Positions 13,147 through 24,784 of a stretch of DNA of 64,000 bases are shown here, one piece after another. Numbering within the stretch: position 1 is the first letter of the stretch; each line of letters begins with the position of its first letter. This DNA is from Cycas panzhihuaensis. Taxonomy: Eukaryota; Plantae; Cycadophyta. Location: positions 123,015,741 to 123,079,740 of the forward strand of contig CM041465.1 in assembly GCA_023213395.1 (NCBI GenBank), written 5' to 3'. Both the position numbers and the translations under genes were made by a program. Below the pieces are notes generated by a model, which saw only the letters and a program-made list of their open reading frames with translations, was not told where the DNA came from and searched no databases.

Positions 13147-13450
13147 TATGATTTGCCGTTGCACCAAAAGCCCACTGGCGATTTGGGAAGAGGACTCCTC
13201 AGCAAGTGAACCAGCTACAGCTCAACACTCCCCCGTGACAAGGAGGCCGTCATAGCACATATCATCTACCATTCCACATCGACTGGGGGCCTACTCTACC
13301 CCTACCGGGGAAGGGGCTTTGTCCGGCGTACGTGCAAGCTTGAACCTTGAACCTGGGCTTTGATACCGCTTGCGACTGCCGTTGCACCAAAAGCTCGTGG
13401 GCAATTTGGGAAGAGGAATCCTCGGCAAGTGAACTAGCCATAGTCCAACA
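13147..13450 (-). mobile_element. 304-bp miniature non-autonomous LTR retrotransposon (TRIM/SMART-like), TSD CAGCC
   Basis: Direct repeats at 13147-13227 (81 bp) and 13371-13450 (80 bp). PBS-like (C)GGTATCAAAGCC at ~13356-13368, PPT GGGGGAG at 13228-13234, CAGCC at 13142-13146 and 13451-13455. Confidence 0.9.
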
Positions 13451-14249
13451 CAGCCTTGTGATGGGGGTATCAGATTCAAGAGGAATTGAGAAAGTCACAT
13501 GATAGACAAAAAAGAACCACCATTATGCTTCCACTAGGGTAAATATTAGAGGCCAACAAAAAGCCCCAACCCATTGCAATTCCATTAGCCGAAGTGCAAG
13601 AAAAACAAAAATAGTAATAAAAAGCATATAAAATGGGAAATTATTAAACTCCCATTGCAATAATGCAAGTATGGCCAACAAAATAAAAGAAGCACAGGAA
13701 CCAACAGTTACTAACTATGAGCACATCTGGAGAAGATTTGGTAAAGGCAATATAATTGCCAAAACAAAAGATAATGAAGCATGATTGCACCTCCAGTAAC
13801 ATGAATGCTACACAAGATTTCAATGCAAAAATCAAGTTAGCTAGTGTACACAGAAGGAAAGACCAGATCTGCAGTACTTCAGAAAGCTAAATTGATGACA
13901 AACTGTTGTAATTTGAGACTTGTCCAAAACTGGATCATGATCAACTTGATCACGATCTAGTTGATTGAGATCCAGTTGACTAAGTTGATCAAGATGATCA
14001 AGTTGGTACCAACGATTTCTGTTTCTTTTCTTGCTTTGTTGTAACTATCTGGATAGTTATATGACTGCTTTGACAGTGCATATGTATGATGTACTCACTG
14101 TAATAGGATATCATAAATTAGGTCTGCTTGTATACCATTGTCCTGCGGTTCTTATGGCCAGAATGAATTCAACTATTAATCACTGCAGTCCTTGTATTCT
14201 GCTTTAGGAACTGCATCTGGTTGTTAGAAAACTAAATGCAACTTCCCCC

Positions 14250-16600
14250 CTTCTCATAATATAGAAGTGGTTTGTTCTTGTACCAAATTAATATGTATGC
14301 AATGATCTTGAGCCCTTTTGCTTATGGTAGACATAGGTCAATTAGATTATGGTTACGGGATTAGCAAATGACACACATTGGTTTTGCTGCCTTTGATTCT
14401 AATCAACAATTGGATACATGGCCAATTTGCAGATGATTAATCTTACTCCAATTACTTCCTACTCTAAGGTTTAGATACATTTTGTTTAGCCTCTACTTCA
14501 TGTATTTCCCTTCAAAAATCATAATGATATTATCAAGGACCACCTCCATGTGGCAATACCACAAAGGGTTTGACAAATTGACTAGCAGATTATTGAAGAT
14601 GGGCAAATTATCCATTCCCTAGGAATTCCACTTGGTTTTCACATCATTTCCAAGCAAATGTAGAACTGGTGTCTTAATAAAGTCGAAAAGAAGCTAGCAT
14701 ACTGGAACCCTTGGCATTTGTCTCTTGCAAGGAAAATACAAATAGTGCTCAAGATTTTGACAACTTCTCATATATGCTATTCTTCGTTTTGGCTTCTTTC
14801 CAACTCTTCCCTCGATTGTGGAATTACCTATGGGCTAGGCATTTCAACAAGATCACATTTGCATTTCAACAAGATCACATTTGACAAAGTTGATTGGTAT
14901 ATCTGTTATTTTCCAAGGAATGAAGGGGGTTCAATCTTTTGGATATCAAGGATCAGGGCATGGCTCTAATATGCCAATGGATTGTCAAATTTTCTATTGA
15001 AAATTTACCAAGGCATAAATTTTGGAAAATTCCCCCTCTTGAACATCTCATGCTGTGTGCAAAAGACAATAAAGATTAAAGGATCCTTTTGTAACAATCC
15101 TAAAATTAGTAGTAGAGATGTCAGTATTTTTAATCATTATTATTATGAAGTCAGTTTTTTTTTTGAAGTGTCATTTTGGCACTTATAAATAGGGGAGACA
15201 CCAAACTCATGAAGTATGTATTATTATTTTTTCATAATGGGCTAAAATCCTATTTTGGCACTTCAGTGCCTGGCAAATTGCCAAATTACTGTTATGTCTG
15301 ATTTGTTCATGCTGTTGTTATCTGTTGATTAATACTATCTGCTGAATCTGTCATCTATTATTGTTGGGCTTGCTACACCTTTCTTGTTGGATCCATATGA
15401 AGATCATGATCTCATTGTAAATATCTGAATTGCAAAGGACAAGAATTTTGAAAAGGTATGACAACTGGTTCAATATCCTTATGGTGGTCCAAACTTATGA
15501 CTAGGGATGACAAATGCTTTGCGTTTGCAGCCTCATCAATAGCTGAACATTGGTTCAACAAAGGTACTCGCTCTGTTCAGAATCAGATCAATCCATTAAC
15601 TTCAGCAGGTCCCCTAATTGCCTTTTAATAAAGTTGTCTTATTCAATTGGTTGCTAGATGCCATTACCAATTGTATTAAGCAAAACCAATAAAAAAAAAG
15701 CATAACCTGCTCTCCTACCTTCTCTGTAGTGGTTTGACTGGTGTTAGTATTCTGAGACATCTTTTAATCAAATTTCAGTTAAAAAGATCTATGGTTTATT
15801 AAGATTGCCAACCAATTTGTCTCTTGGGGTCAATAAATTTTGGAATACTCAAATGGTTTATTCTGATGGGTGCAATGGTTTCGAAATCTCTGGTCCATCA
15901 CAATAGCTAAGACAAAAAAAAAATAACGATGCCTTATCCTCCAAAATGGTCTTCTACTTGGCTTGAGACTTTCTAAATTGAGTATTGTTGTCCTACATCC
16001 CTTCCATGGTATACCAGAATTTACTCTACATCTATTTTGGGAATACTCAATCAGTTATGAACTCTGAAAATGGACACAAATAATTCACTCTCCTTTTCAA
16101 TAAAAAGAGCATACTTGACAATCATTGCCACTTGTACATTCGCAGATTTTCGATGTGGGATTCATTAATGCTTAGCATATTTTGAGTGCACCATTACCAT
16201 GGAAGACTTGAAAACAGAGACATCTCATTTTCATGGTGGATGGATATGCCCAAGCATCTTTTTCAAACAATTTCAACATTGCTCATGAATAGTATTTCAG
16301 ATCCAAATATTGCCAGTCAGAAATATTCTCTTCCAAAGAATCTTAGACCATTTGGTTGTCCTCATCAACCTCATGACAAAGCTAAAGGATATCCTTTGCA
16401 TGGACAAGGTTTCAAGCACAAAATCTTTAACGGCAAACAAATCAATGGGCATGATGACTGGCAGAATATCCTTCCTTGGACCTTAACACCTGGCAAGGCT
16501 AAAAGAAAACCTAAATTGACACATGCTCAACAGATAGTGGCTGATGTGCCACCAGACTCTGCTTCAACTTTTGTATATGGTTTGGGTTAAGAACCTGCCC
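14250..16600 (+). mobile_element. 5'-truncated, decayed L1-type LINE (ORF2 RT to C-terminus); boundaries approximate
   Basis: HGQFADD at ~14417-14437; LGIPLG...NWCLNKVEKKLAYW..LSLARKIQIV; KVDW...PRNEGG; a later WKT.KQR motif. Confidence 0.85.
15090..15377 (+). mobile_element. Solo LTR (288 bp) inserted in the LINE, TSD CCTTT
   Basis: TGTAACA...TGCTACA flanked by CCTTT at 15085-15089 and 15378-15382. Contains TATAAATAGG. The LINE frame KGSF|LVGSI resumes after it. Confidence 0.85.
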
Positions 16601-16969
16601 AATAGTGTTCTCATTGATACAATGATAAAGGTAGTTGGGAGCACTAATTCATACTATAATGAATGTTTTCTGCCAGAACTTGGTTTGTAGTTTTTTTGGT
16701 GTTTTTTGTTACCTATTGTACATAAGGACTTATGGCCAAGCTATTCAGATTTCAATATAATTATTCTGTGGTATCGGCGTTATCAAGCTATAGATGTAGT
16801 TTTGAGTGCTTTGAAGAACCACCTGACTTTTCAAGTGGCTGCCTTGTAATCATCTTGTTTCCATATCAATATAGTTTACATTTTGAACAAAGAAGCAGTG
16901 CGCAAATGCTATAGTTTCAATGCAAACAAAACATAATTTATGAGAATTTCCAAACATAGATGTGAATTG

Positions 16970-17040
16970 GCTGTGTTTGTGTGCGTACGCTCACACACAC
17001 AATCAATCAATCTATCTATCTATCTATAGAGAGAGAGGAA
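16970..17040. repeat. Compound microsatellite (TG/CA/CAAT/CTAT/GA)
   Basis: GTGTTTGTGTGCG..CACACACACAATCAATCAATCTATCTATCTATCTATAGAGAGAGAG. Confidence 0.85.
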
Positions 17041-17661
17041 GAGTTCGATTAGTTCCTACTTTTAACTGGGCAGATAAACGCATGTAGAATAGCACCCTTA
17101 GGGGTTTCATCCTCGCAGTGCATATTCGTGTGACAATATTTTAACATTGTGCGACAATGGCATCTCGCAATGCATGGACCAGAAGTCTTCAATGCAAGGC
17201 GGAAACGCTTAGCCTGTTTCCCAAGATTCCTTGGATCCCATGTTTTTTTCTGCAATGGAAGGAATCCAAGGACTAGGACAGATTGTAGAACCAAAAGATG
17301 ATGATGAAAATGCACGGGATGAAGACAAAGCTGGTGCTGCTCACAAAAAGACTAAATCATGGCAGCAGACAAGAAAAAAGACAAAAAAAGGTCGTATCGG
17401 TGCTCCCTTTAGCCTACCGGTCGGCCACAGGGTCAATAGGAAACTTCCGTTACAAGTCTTATGTTCAATTTAATAGAGGTATGGCCAAACGGGTTGGGAA
17501 GCAATAATTACTAAAATTTTGGAAACCAGAGCATAGTACTATCGTTGAGAAGCTCTCGTCCTCAATTTATGATCTCCAAATGGCCAGCTGAAAGAAAAGG
17601 GAAATAATCTTAAGTGTAGCAGTTAGAAATCCAAGTTATGCGTGTGGACATGAAAGAGAAC

Positions 17662-17831
17662 CTAGAGAGTGTGTGTTGCAGAAATGCCCCGTCCATACTG
17701 ACTCTATCCACAAGTTCATTGAATAAGGGTGCCAAGTCACAGGCCTGTTTCCAGCAAACTCGTGGAAAAGGCACTGGCAGGAGAGCATATGGAGCATGCA
17801 CCATTCCAACACCAGGTGTTCGTCCCGATCT
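17662..17831 (-). CDS. GSH2: Glutathione synthetase, coding exon 2
   Basis: [56 protein letters not shown](R). Acceptor TTGCAG at 17832, donor AG|GTTCTC at 17661; homology stops exactly at the donor. Confidence 0.95.
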
Positions 17832-17924
17832 CTGCAATGCAATTGCCGACGAACAAAAATATAAGATAAAGGCGATGGCTATTGTGCAGAATTGAAAACA
17901 GATAAACGAGACGTAGAAATGTAC

Positions 17925-18032
17925 CTGCACAGCTCTATCTCCAACCACAAGCCCATGTAGAGAAGCCCATACGAGAGATTCTGACACAAGGTCCCTGGCT
18001 ATTTCGGGGGTAACGCTCCCAGCCATCAGCAT
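17925..18032 (-). CDS. GSH2: Glutathione synthetase, coding exon 1 (in-frame upstream ATG at 18245 would add 71 aa)
   Basis: [36 protein letters not shown] matches the plant GSH2 motif [14 protein letters not shown]. Donor CAG|GTACAT at 17924. Confidence 0.92.
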
Positions 18033-18107
18033 CTCCCTGTACGAATCGCCTGGCGATTGCTTCTCAGAATGCGAATGCAAGTAGTCTCTGTAAATGATCT
18101 TCACACG

Positions 18108-18202
18108 AATATAACCTAGGACCTTTTGTTTGAGAGTCAATTTGGTTGTGTCTTTGCCCGATCCTATTGGACATTCGCTGGCTTCCTCTTTGACCCTATT
18201 GG
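18108..18202 (-). promoter_or_regulatory. Candidate GSH2 core promoter: two CCAAT boxes and a TATA-like element
   Basis: TCCAATAGG twice (CCAAT at 18166-18170 and 18198-18202, 32 bp apart). TTATATTC at ~18107-18114, about 75 nt above ATG 18032. Confidence 0.45.
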
Positions 18203-19015
18203 ATATATGCAAATGCAGAGCATAGCGATTGACATTCAAGCGCATACCATAATGCCGGCGTATCTTATTTGGTTTTAATTGTGTAAATTTACTGATATTC
18301 GATGGGATATTCTATTTGGTATTAATTGTGTATATTTAATTGTATACCCACTCATATGCATATGCATATTCCATTTTTATATTTTAGACCATTTTTATAA
18401 TAGAAAAGTGTATTTGATTAGTATTAGAGCGAAATTCCACTTTTGAGATAATGGAAATTTGGTTTTTTTAATTTTACTATATATTTTTCTTCATCTATGG
18501 GAGAATTTAATGTTACATTGAGAAATGAAAGAATGAGACATTTGTTTATAATGAAGTATGAGATGATTTAGAGTAGTTGTTAAATAGTACTCATAGAGAC
18601 ATTGGTGATCTCTCTTTTGCTTTGTGCGATGCAGTATCTAATACTAGCAAAGTAATGATATTTTTTATAGGTAAAGATTTTTCTTGGATGGATTACGAGT
18701 ATGTTGGTTGTTATTGTGCTTAATATGTAAAGGTCATTGCCATGGTGAGAAACCTTGTGATGACATGTAATAATGGTTTGGTTTGCAACCATGTGTGAAT
18801 AATATATGATAACAGCCTACTCATACCATGCATTGATGACTCAAACTAAGATCAACTATGACAACGAATTATATATGATATATATAATAATAGTTCGGTT
18901 GAAGATAATGTGATGACATTGTGTGGTCTAGGACCACTAACTTAAGTTGGCATAGCCCAAGACTGTGTGTACTACAATTGGTTTTTAGTCATGATATATT
19001 GACATGGTAAAAGAC

Positions 19016-22000
19016 TGTAGCGATCTAGTTCTACTTTTATAGCAATTTTCCTAAAAAATACAAGTAATAATCCACAAAAACAATAACTAGATGCTATTCA
19101 ACAAGAAAAATAAACAATGAACAAGAATTACAGAATCCACAGAAGGAAATAATAGTCTTTATTGTTAAATAATACCAAAAATATAGTGAAATTTCAACAA
19201 AGTACCTATCTTTCCTGAAGAAGTGAGCTTCACTCTTCGAGATGAGGAACCCTCCAAACCGCAGCCCCCAAATGGGCGAGCTAATTGCAACCCTAGAACC
19301 GAAAATGCGTGACCAAAGGACCTCCGATAATGGTTTGGGATGTGGCCCAAACTTCCTATTTATAGCGATCAAAATACTTTAATTAGAAGTCAACCAGAGT
19401 GGGTAATATTCTTCTTAAAACTGCTCAAATAGAAGTCGGCCAGAACTTCTCCAAAACTGGCAGGCTAGCTTTAAATGGCCATAGCTTTTGATTGAGATGT
19501 TGGAATTGACTTTCGTCTGAACTATTGAAATCCTTATTCAGAGGCCTTTGATTTAAATAGTTACATGGCATAGTTTTGACTAGAGTTTGGAATGCTACAA
19601 TTCCCTCCCCTTCAAAACATGCTTTGCCCTCAAAGCATTGGTAAGAGCCCATTTTTATATATCCATTCTTCAGATTCCCACGTTGTATCTTCAAGCTCCA
19701 ATGTCTTCCATTTAATGAGATACTCTTTTATTATCCTGGATCATAAATTCTTATCCCTAGTTTTCAATATCCCCTCAGGTTCCACTACCATCATTCCTTC
19801 CTCATCAAGTGTTGGTAACTTTGTTTGTGGAGCTTCCTTTTCACCCAACTTTTTCTTTAAACAAGACACGTGGAAGATATTGTGGATTTTGTTTTATGGT
19901 GGCAGTTTTAACTGATATGCCACTTCCCCTATGTGTTCCTCAATTTGATACGGTCCAAAGAATCTTGGTGATAATTTATGTCAATTATTCTGTTTCATTG
20001 ACATCTGTTTGTAAGGTTGGAGTCTTAAGAATACCCATTCTCCTATCTCAAAACTCTGTTCATATCTCTTTCTATCTACTTGTTGCTTCATCCTATTTTT
20101 TGCCATCTCTAAATTATTCTTTAATATTTGAATTGTTTCTTGCATCTGTTGCAGGTTTTCTTGGACTATTTGCACTTTTGATGTATTTAGCCAATTCAAG
20201 AGTGATGGAGGTTCATACCCATATAGTGCTTGAAATAGTGACATTTTTGCCACTGCATGGTATGTGGTGTTATACCACCATTCTGCCAAATGGAGTCATC
20301 GATGCTATTATGTCTGTTTATCTGATGCGAAGTTTCTTAAGTATCCCTCCACACATTTATTAACTATTTCTGCCTGGCCATGTGTCTGCAGATGGTTTGT
20401 TGTGCTCATATGTAAGCTAGTGCCGGCTGATTTGAATAATTCCTTCCAAAAGTGACTTGTGAATTTGGGATCCCTGTCGTTGACTATAACCTTTGGAAAG
20501 CCATGTAGTCTGTGAATTTCTTTCATATATAATTCTACTATTTGGCTTGCTTTTGCTCTTGTATGAGTTCCCCTGAAATGGGCATATTTAATTAATATAT
20601 GTACCACTACAAAAATTGCGTCTCTTCCTTCTAAATGCGGAGGACCTGTAATAAAATCCATAGAGATTTCTTCCCATTTTTTATGGGGAATGGGAAGGGG
20701 TTGTAGCAACCCGGGGGTCTTCACAGATTCAGTTTTATTCCTTTGGCATGCATCACATTCTAATACAAATCGGAGGACGTCGGATTTTAACCCTTTATAG
20801 TAAAATGAACTTCAAAGCCTTCTATAAGTCTTATCCATCCCTGAATGTCCTGAAACCAGAGTTGAGTGAGCTTCTTGAAGTAGTACTTATTTTAGTTTAT
20901 TTGTCTTTGGAACAAATATTTTTCCTTTCCTTAGAATTAATTCTCCTTGTTCTATAAACTGTACTACTTTTCCTTCTCTAATCTTTTGCCTTATTCCTTG
21001 TGATATCTTGTCGTCTTCATATTCCTTTGCCAACTATGTTATCCATTTTGGAGTTGCTATTGTCATTGAATTAGTTGAGGCTTCAATCTTTCCTTCCTCT
21101 GGTAGTTTGGATAGAGCATCTGCTATTACGTTTTCTTTCCCCCTTTTGTATTCTATGGTGAAGTTAAAAGTCTGCAACTTACTAACCCATTTTTGTTGCT
21201 CATTGGATAATGCCTTTTGATTCAAAAAGTACTTCAGGCTGTCATGATCAGTTATGACAACAAATTTACTCCCTAATAAATACTGCCTCCATTGGTGTAT
21301 TGCGTGCATAATGACTAGCATCTCTTTGTCATATATTGGTTTTATTTTTTCCCTATTATACAGCTTCTGGCTTTCATAAGCTATCAGCCTTCCTCCCTGT
21401 AACAGAATTGCTCTTATTCCAAAACCTGAAGCATCACATTCTAACGTGAATGGTTGAGTAAAATCTGATAAGGCCAATACTGGAGCTGTGATCATTACTT
21501 ATTTGAATTATTGAAATGCTCCTTCTGCTCCTAAATTCCATTTGAATGCATCTTTTTTGGTTAGGTCTGTTAGTGGTGATGCTATGTGTGCATACCCTTT
21601 TATGAACTTTCTCAAAAATCCTATTGCACCCAAAAAACTTCTTACTCCTGTAACATTCTTCGAAGTTGGCCAGTTTATAATTGCCTGAATCCTTTTTTGA
21701 TCAATTTTGATTCCTTCGCCTATGATAATGTGGCTCAGACACTCTAATTCCTTTTTTCTGAAAGAACACTTTTTCTTATTTGTAAACAGTTGCACTTTCA
21801 AGTATGAGCAGAACTTCCTTTATATGTTCCATAAGTTCTTCCCATATTTTGTTATAGATCAGGATATCGTCAAAGAAAACTAGCACAAATTTCCTCATAA
21901 CATGTTTTAATATTGAATTCATTGTGCTTTGAAAAGTAGCTGGAGCATTTGTTAAGCCAAAAGTCATAACCTTGAATTCAAATAACCCTTCATATATTTT

Positions 22001-24779
22001 GAATGCAGTTTTATAGATATCTTCCTCTTTAACCCTTATTTGGTAGTATCCTGAGCGCAAATCTATCTTTGAAAAGTATCGAGCTCCATGTAACTCATCT
22101 AACAAATCTTTAATCCTTGGGATAGAATATTGATTCTTTATGGTCAATTTATTCAGGCCACGATAATCCACACACATTCTGTAAGATCCATCCTTCTTTA
22201 AATTGACCACCACGGGAGAGGCAAATGGACTCGTGCTTTTCACCACTACACCTTGGAGTAACATTTCTTATGTGATTTTTTTTATTTCCTTCTTGAGATT
22301 ATAAGGATGCCTATATGGAGGAATGTTTACTAGTATTGCTCCAGGGATAAGGTCTATTGTGTGCTCTAATTCCCTTTTCGGTGGCAGTCCTTGGGGTTCT
22401 TCAAAAGCTCTTTGATGTTTTTCTAAGATTGCCTAAATCTCTAGGGGAATGTCTTTTATTTCTACTTTGTAACATGACATTATGTATACCTGCGGATTCT
22501 TCTTTAGAATTTTTTCCATCCTATGAGATGAGACAAGCTAAATTGCAGGTGTGGCTAGGGCTTGTAGTCGATATTTGTGTCCTTTTTTTCAAAAACACAT
22601 AAATCTTATCATATAGTTGGTAATGATGTTTCCCAACATTTGTAGCCATTAAATCCCAAAAACTGCATCCACTCAGCCTATAAGCATGGCAAGCATACAA
22701 GTTGTGACCTTGTAATCATTAATCTAGAGAGTTGTATCTTTGCAGTATCCTCTGCATGGCGTTGTTCTCCCATTTGCTATTGATACTTGGAAGGTGTTGA
22801 GAGGTTTCACTTGTAATCCCAATTTTTCTGTTGATGCCTTGTTTATAAAATTATGTGTACTCCCACTATCAACTAAAATTGATACTGGTGTTCCCTTAAT
22901 TTATCCTTGGAATCTTAGGGTTTGTGGGGATACATATTGCCCTATAATGGCTTGCAATGAGATTTAGACATTCCCTGTATCCACTTCCTCAAGTTCATCT
23001 TCCTCCTTTTTTATGCTCCGGTCTTGTTCTACTTCTTCCTCTACTTCTTCTAGTATTTCTACATCCTCATTATTGATCATGAAAACCTCTTTTACTGGGC
23101 ACTGGTGTTCCTTATTCCATTTCCCTCCACACTTGAAGCACGCCCATTTTCTTATATGCTCCTCTTTGGTTATTCCTGAGCTTTCTCCTATATTTCTTAT
23201 AGCTAATGGAGGATCTGCCTTTATTCCTGATTTTGCCCAATTAGGATTATGGGTCTGATATGATGGTGGCTCATATCTCCTTGTATATGTTGGTCTACTG
23301 TCTCTAAGTTCTACCTCTACATTTCTTGCTATCTGAATTGCTACTTGGAGTTGAGGTGGATCTGTTGCTTTAACTATAAATTTGATCTAATTTTTCAATC
23401 CACTAATATATCTCCAGTAAACATTCCTGCGGTATTTTTTCTGAGACCATACATTGTAGTGTTTGAAATTGTTATGTATATTCTTGGACTATTCCTTGTT
23501 GATGTAATCATGTTAACTGAGCAAAGTAATCCATGTTCCAAGAATCGTCATATTGCTCTATTAGTCCTCCTCTTAGATTCTCCCAAGTTTGTTATATTGC
23601 TAAATTCATCTTCTGCCACCAGTAGTACCACCTTAATGCCCTTCCATTTAAGTGTAAGGATGTTATTTCCATCTTTTTCTTAGCTGTTGAGTTATAGACC
23701 CTAAAATAGTTCTCCATTTCTAAGATCCAATTTGTGATATTTTTGGATACTTCAGAATCAAAATTTTCCAAGGATAATCTTGCTCCTTTCCATCCATTAT
23801 CCATGTTGGAAGTTCTCCTTTCATAAACTCGTGCATCAAATCTATTCCCCTAGTTTTCTTGATTATTCCAATTATCTATCTGTTATATTTCTGATGCATT
23901 ATTGTTATCCATTTCTCCACTTGGCATATTCTATGTTGCTTGATAAGCTTTTGCTAGTAACTCCTAGATTAAGGTTGTTAAAGCTTTTATGCTCTAGTTT
24001 AATTCTGATGTGCCTTCAATTTTTTCCTCTGAGGTTCTAGATTAGGCTGCCATCTTCTTGGGAATGAGGTTTTTCCCTAATCTCAATTCCGTTTCTATTT
24101 CCCTTGGGGGGGGGGGGGAGGGAGGAATTTTTTTTTACCTTTTTTGTGCTTTTACCTTTGCCTTTTCCCTTCGAAATGAATCTCGGATACCACTTGTAGC
24201 GATCTAGTTCTACTTTTATAGCAATTTTCTTCAAAAATACAAGTAATAATCCACAAAAATAATAATTGGATGCTATTCAACAAGAAAAATGAACAATGAA
24301 CAGGAATTACATAATCTACAGAAGTAAATAATAGTATTTGTTGTCAAATAATACTAAAAATAGAGCAAAATTTCAACAAAGTACCTATCTTTCCTAAAGA
24401 AGTGAGGTTCCCTCTTCGAGGCAAGGAACCCTCCATACTGCAGCCCCCAAAGGGGTGAGCTAATTATAGCCCTAGAACCAAAAATACGCGACCAAAGAAC
24501 CTCCAATGGTGGTTGGGGATGCGGCCCAAACTTCCTATTTATAGTGATCAAAATACTTTAATTAGAAGCCAGCCAGACTGGGTAATATTCTTCTTAAAAC
24601 TGCTCAAATAGAAGTCAGCCAGAACTTCTCCAAAATCTGGCAGGCTAACTTTAAATGGCCATAACTTTTGATTGAGATGTCAAAATTGACTTTTGTCTAA
24701 ACTGTTGGAATCCTTGTTCAGAGGCCTTCAATTTAAATGGTTACATGGCATAGTTTTGACTATATTTTGAAATGCTACA
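19016..24779 (-). mobile_element. Full-length Ty3/Gypsy chromovirus (Reina-like), 5764 bp, TSD AAGAC
   Basis: AAGAC at 19011-19015 and 24780-24784. LTRs at 19016-19599 and 24195-24779 (~89% identical by eye). PBS TGGTATCCGAG at ~24182-24192, PPT GAAGGGGAGGGAA. Confidence 0.96.
19620..24040 (-). pseudogene. Chromovirus gag-PR-RT-RH-INT-chromodomain (disrupted)
   Basis: gag LHLNGRALRWY; PR LVDSGSTHNF; RT FSKIDLRSGYYQIR and VFFDDILIY; RH ECDASGFGI; INT ISMDFITG and GPY/F region; chromodomain EYLIKWKTLELEDTTWE at ~19670-19730. Confidence 0.95.
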
Positions 24780-24784
24780 AAGAC

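Noticed and set aside
13147-13450. Cassandra (5S rRNA-bearing) TRIM or a tRNA-derived SINE
   Set aside because: Only GTTGCACC resembles 5S and no A/C boxes are visible. The LTR-PBS-PPT structure explains it.
13845-14215. Possible solo LTR with a GATC-rich palindrome (~13938-14008)
   Set aside because: Flanks GCTAG/TCTGG do not form a TSD, and the hairpin is short and low-complexity.
17231-17507. Small basic ORFs antisense to GSH2
   Set aside because: No recognisable domain; the A-rich frames are explained by a T-rich intron on the opposite strand.
17610-18245. 211-aa ORF as a single-exon membrane protein
   Set aside because: It is GSH2 exon 1, an in-frame intron, exon 2 and read-through into intron 2.
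19592-24040. Plus-strand hydrophobic ORFs such as 19809-20363 (env-like?)
   Set aside because: They are antisense shadows of A-rich chromovirus pol. The same applies to plus-strand ORFs within 3090-6163.
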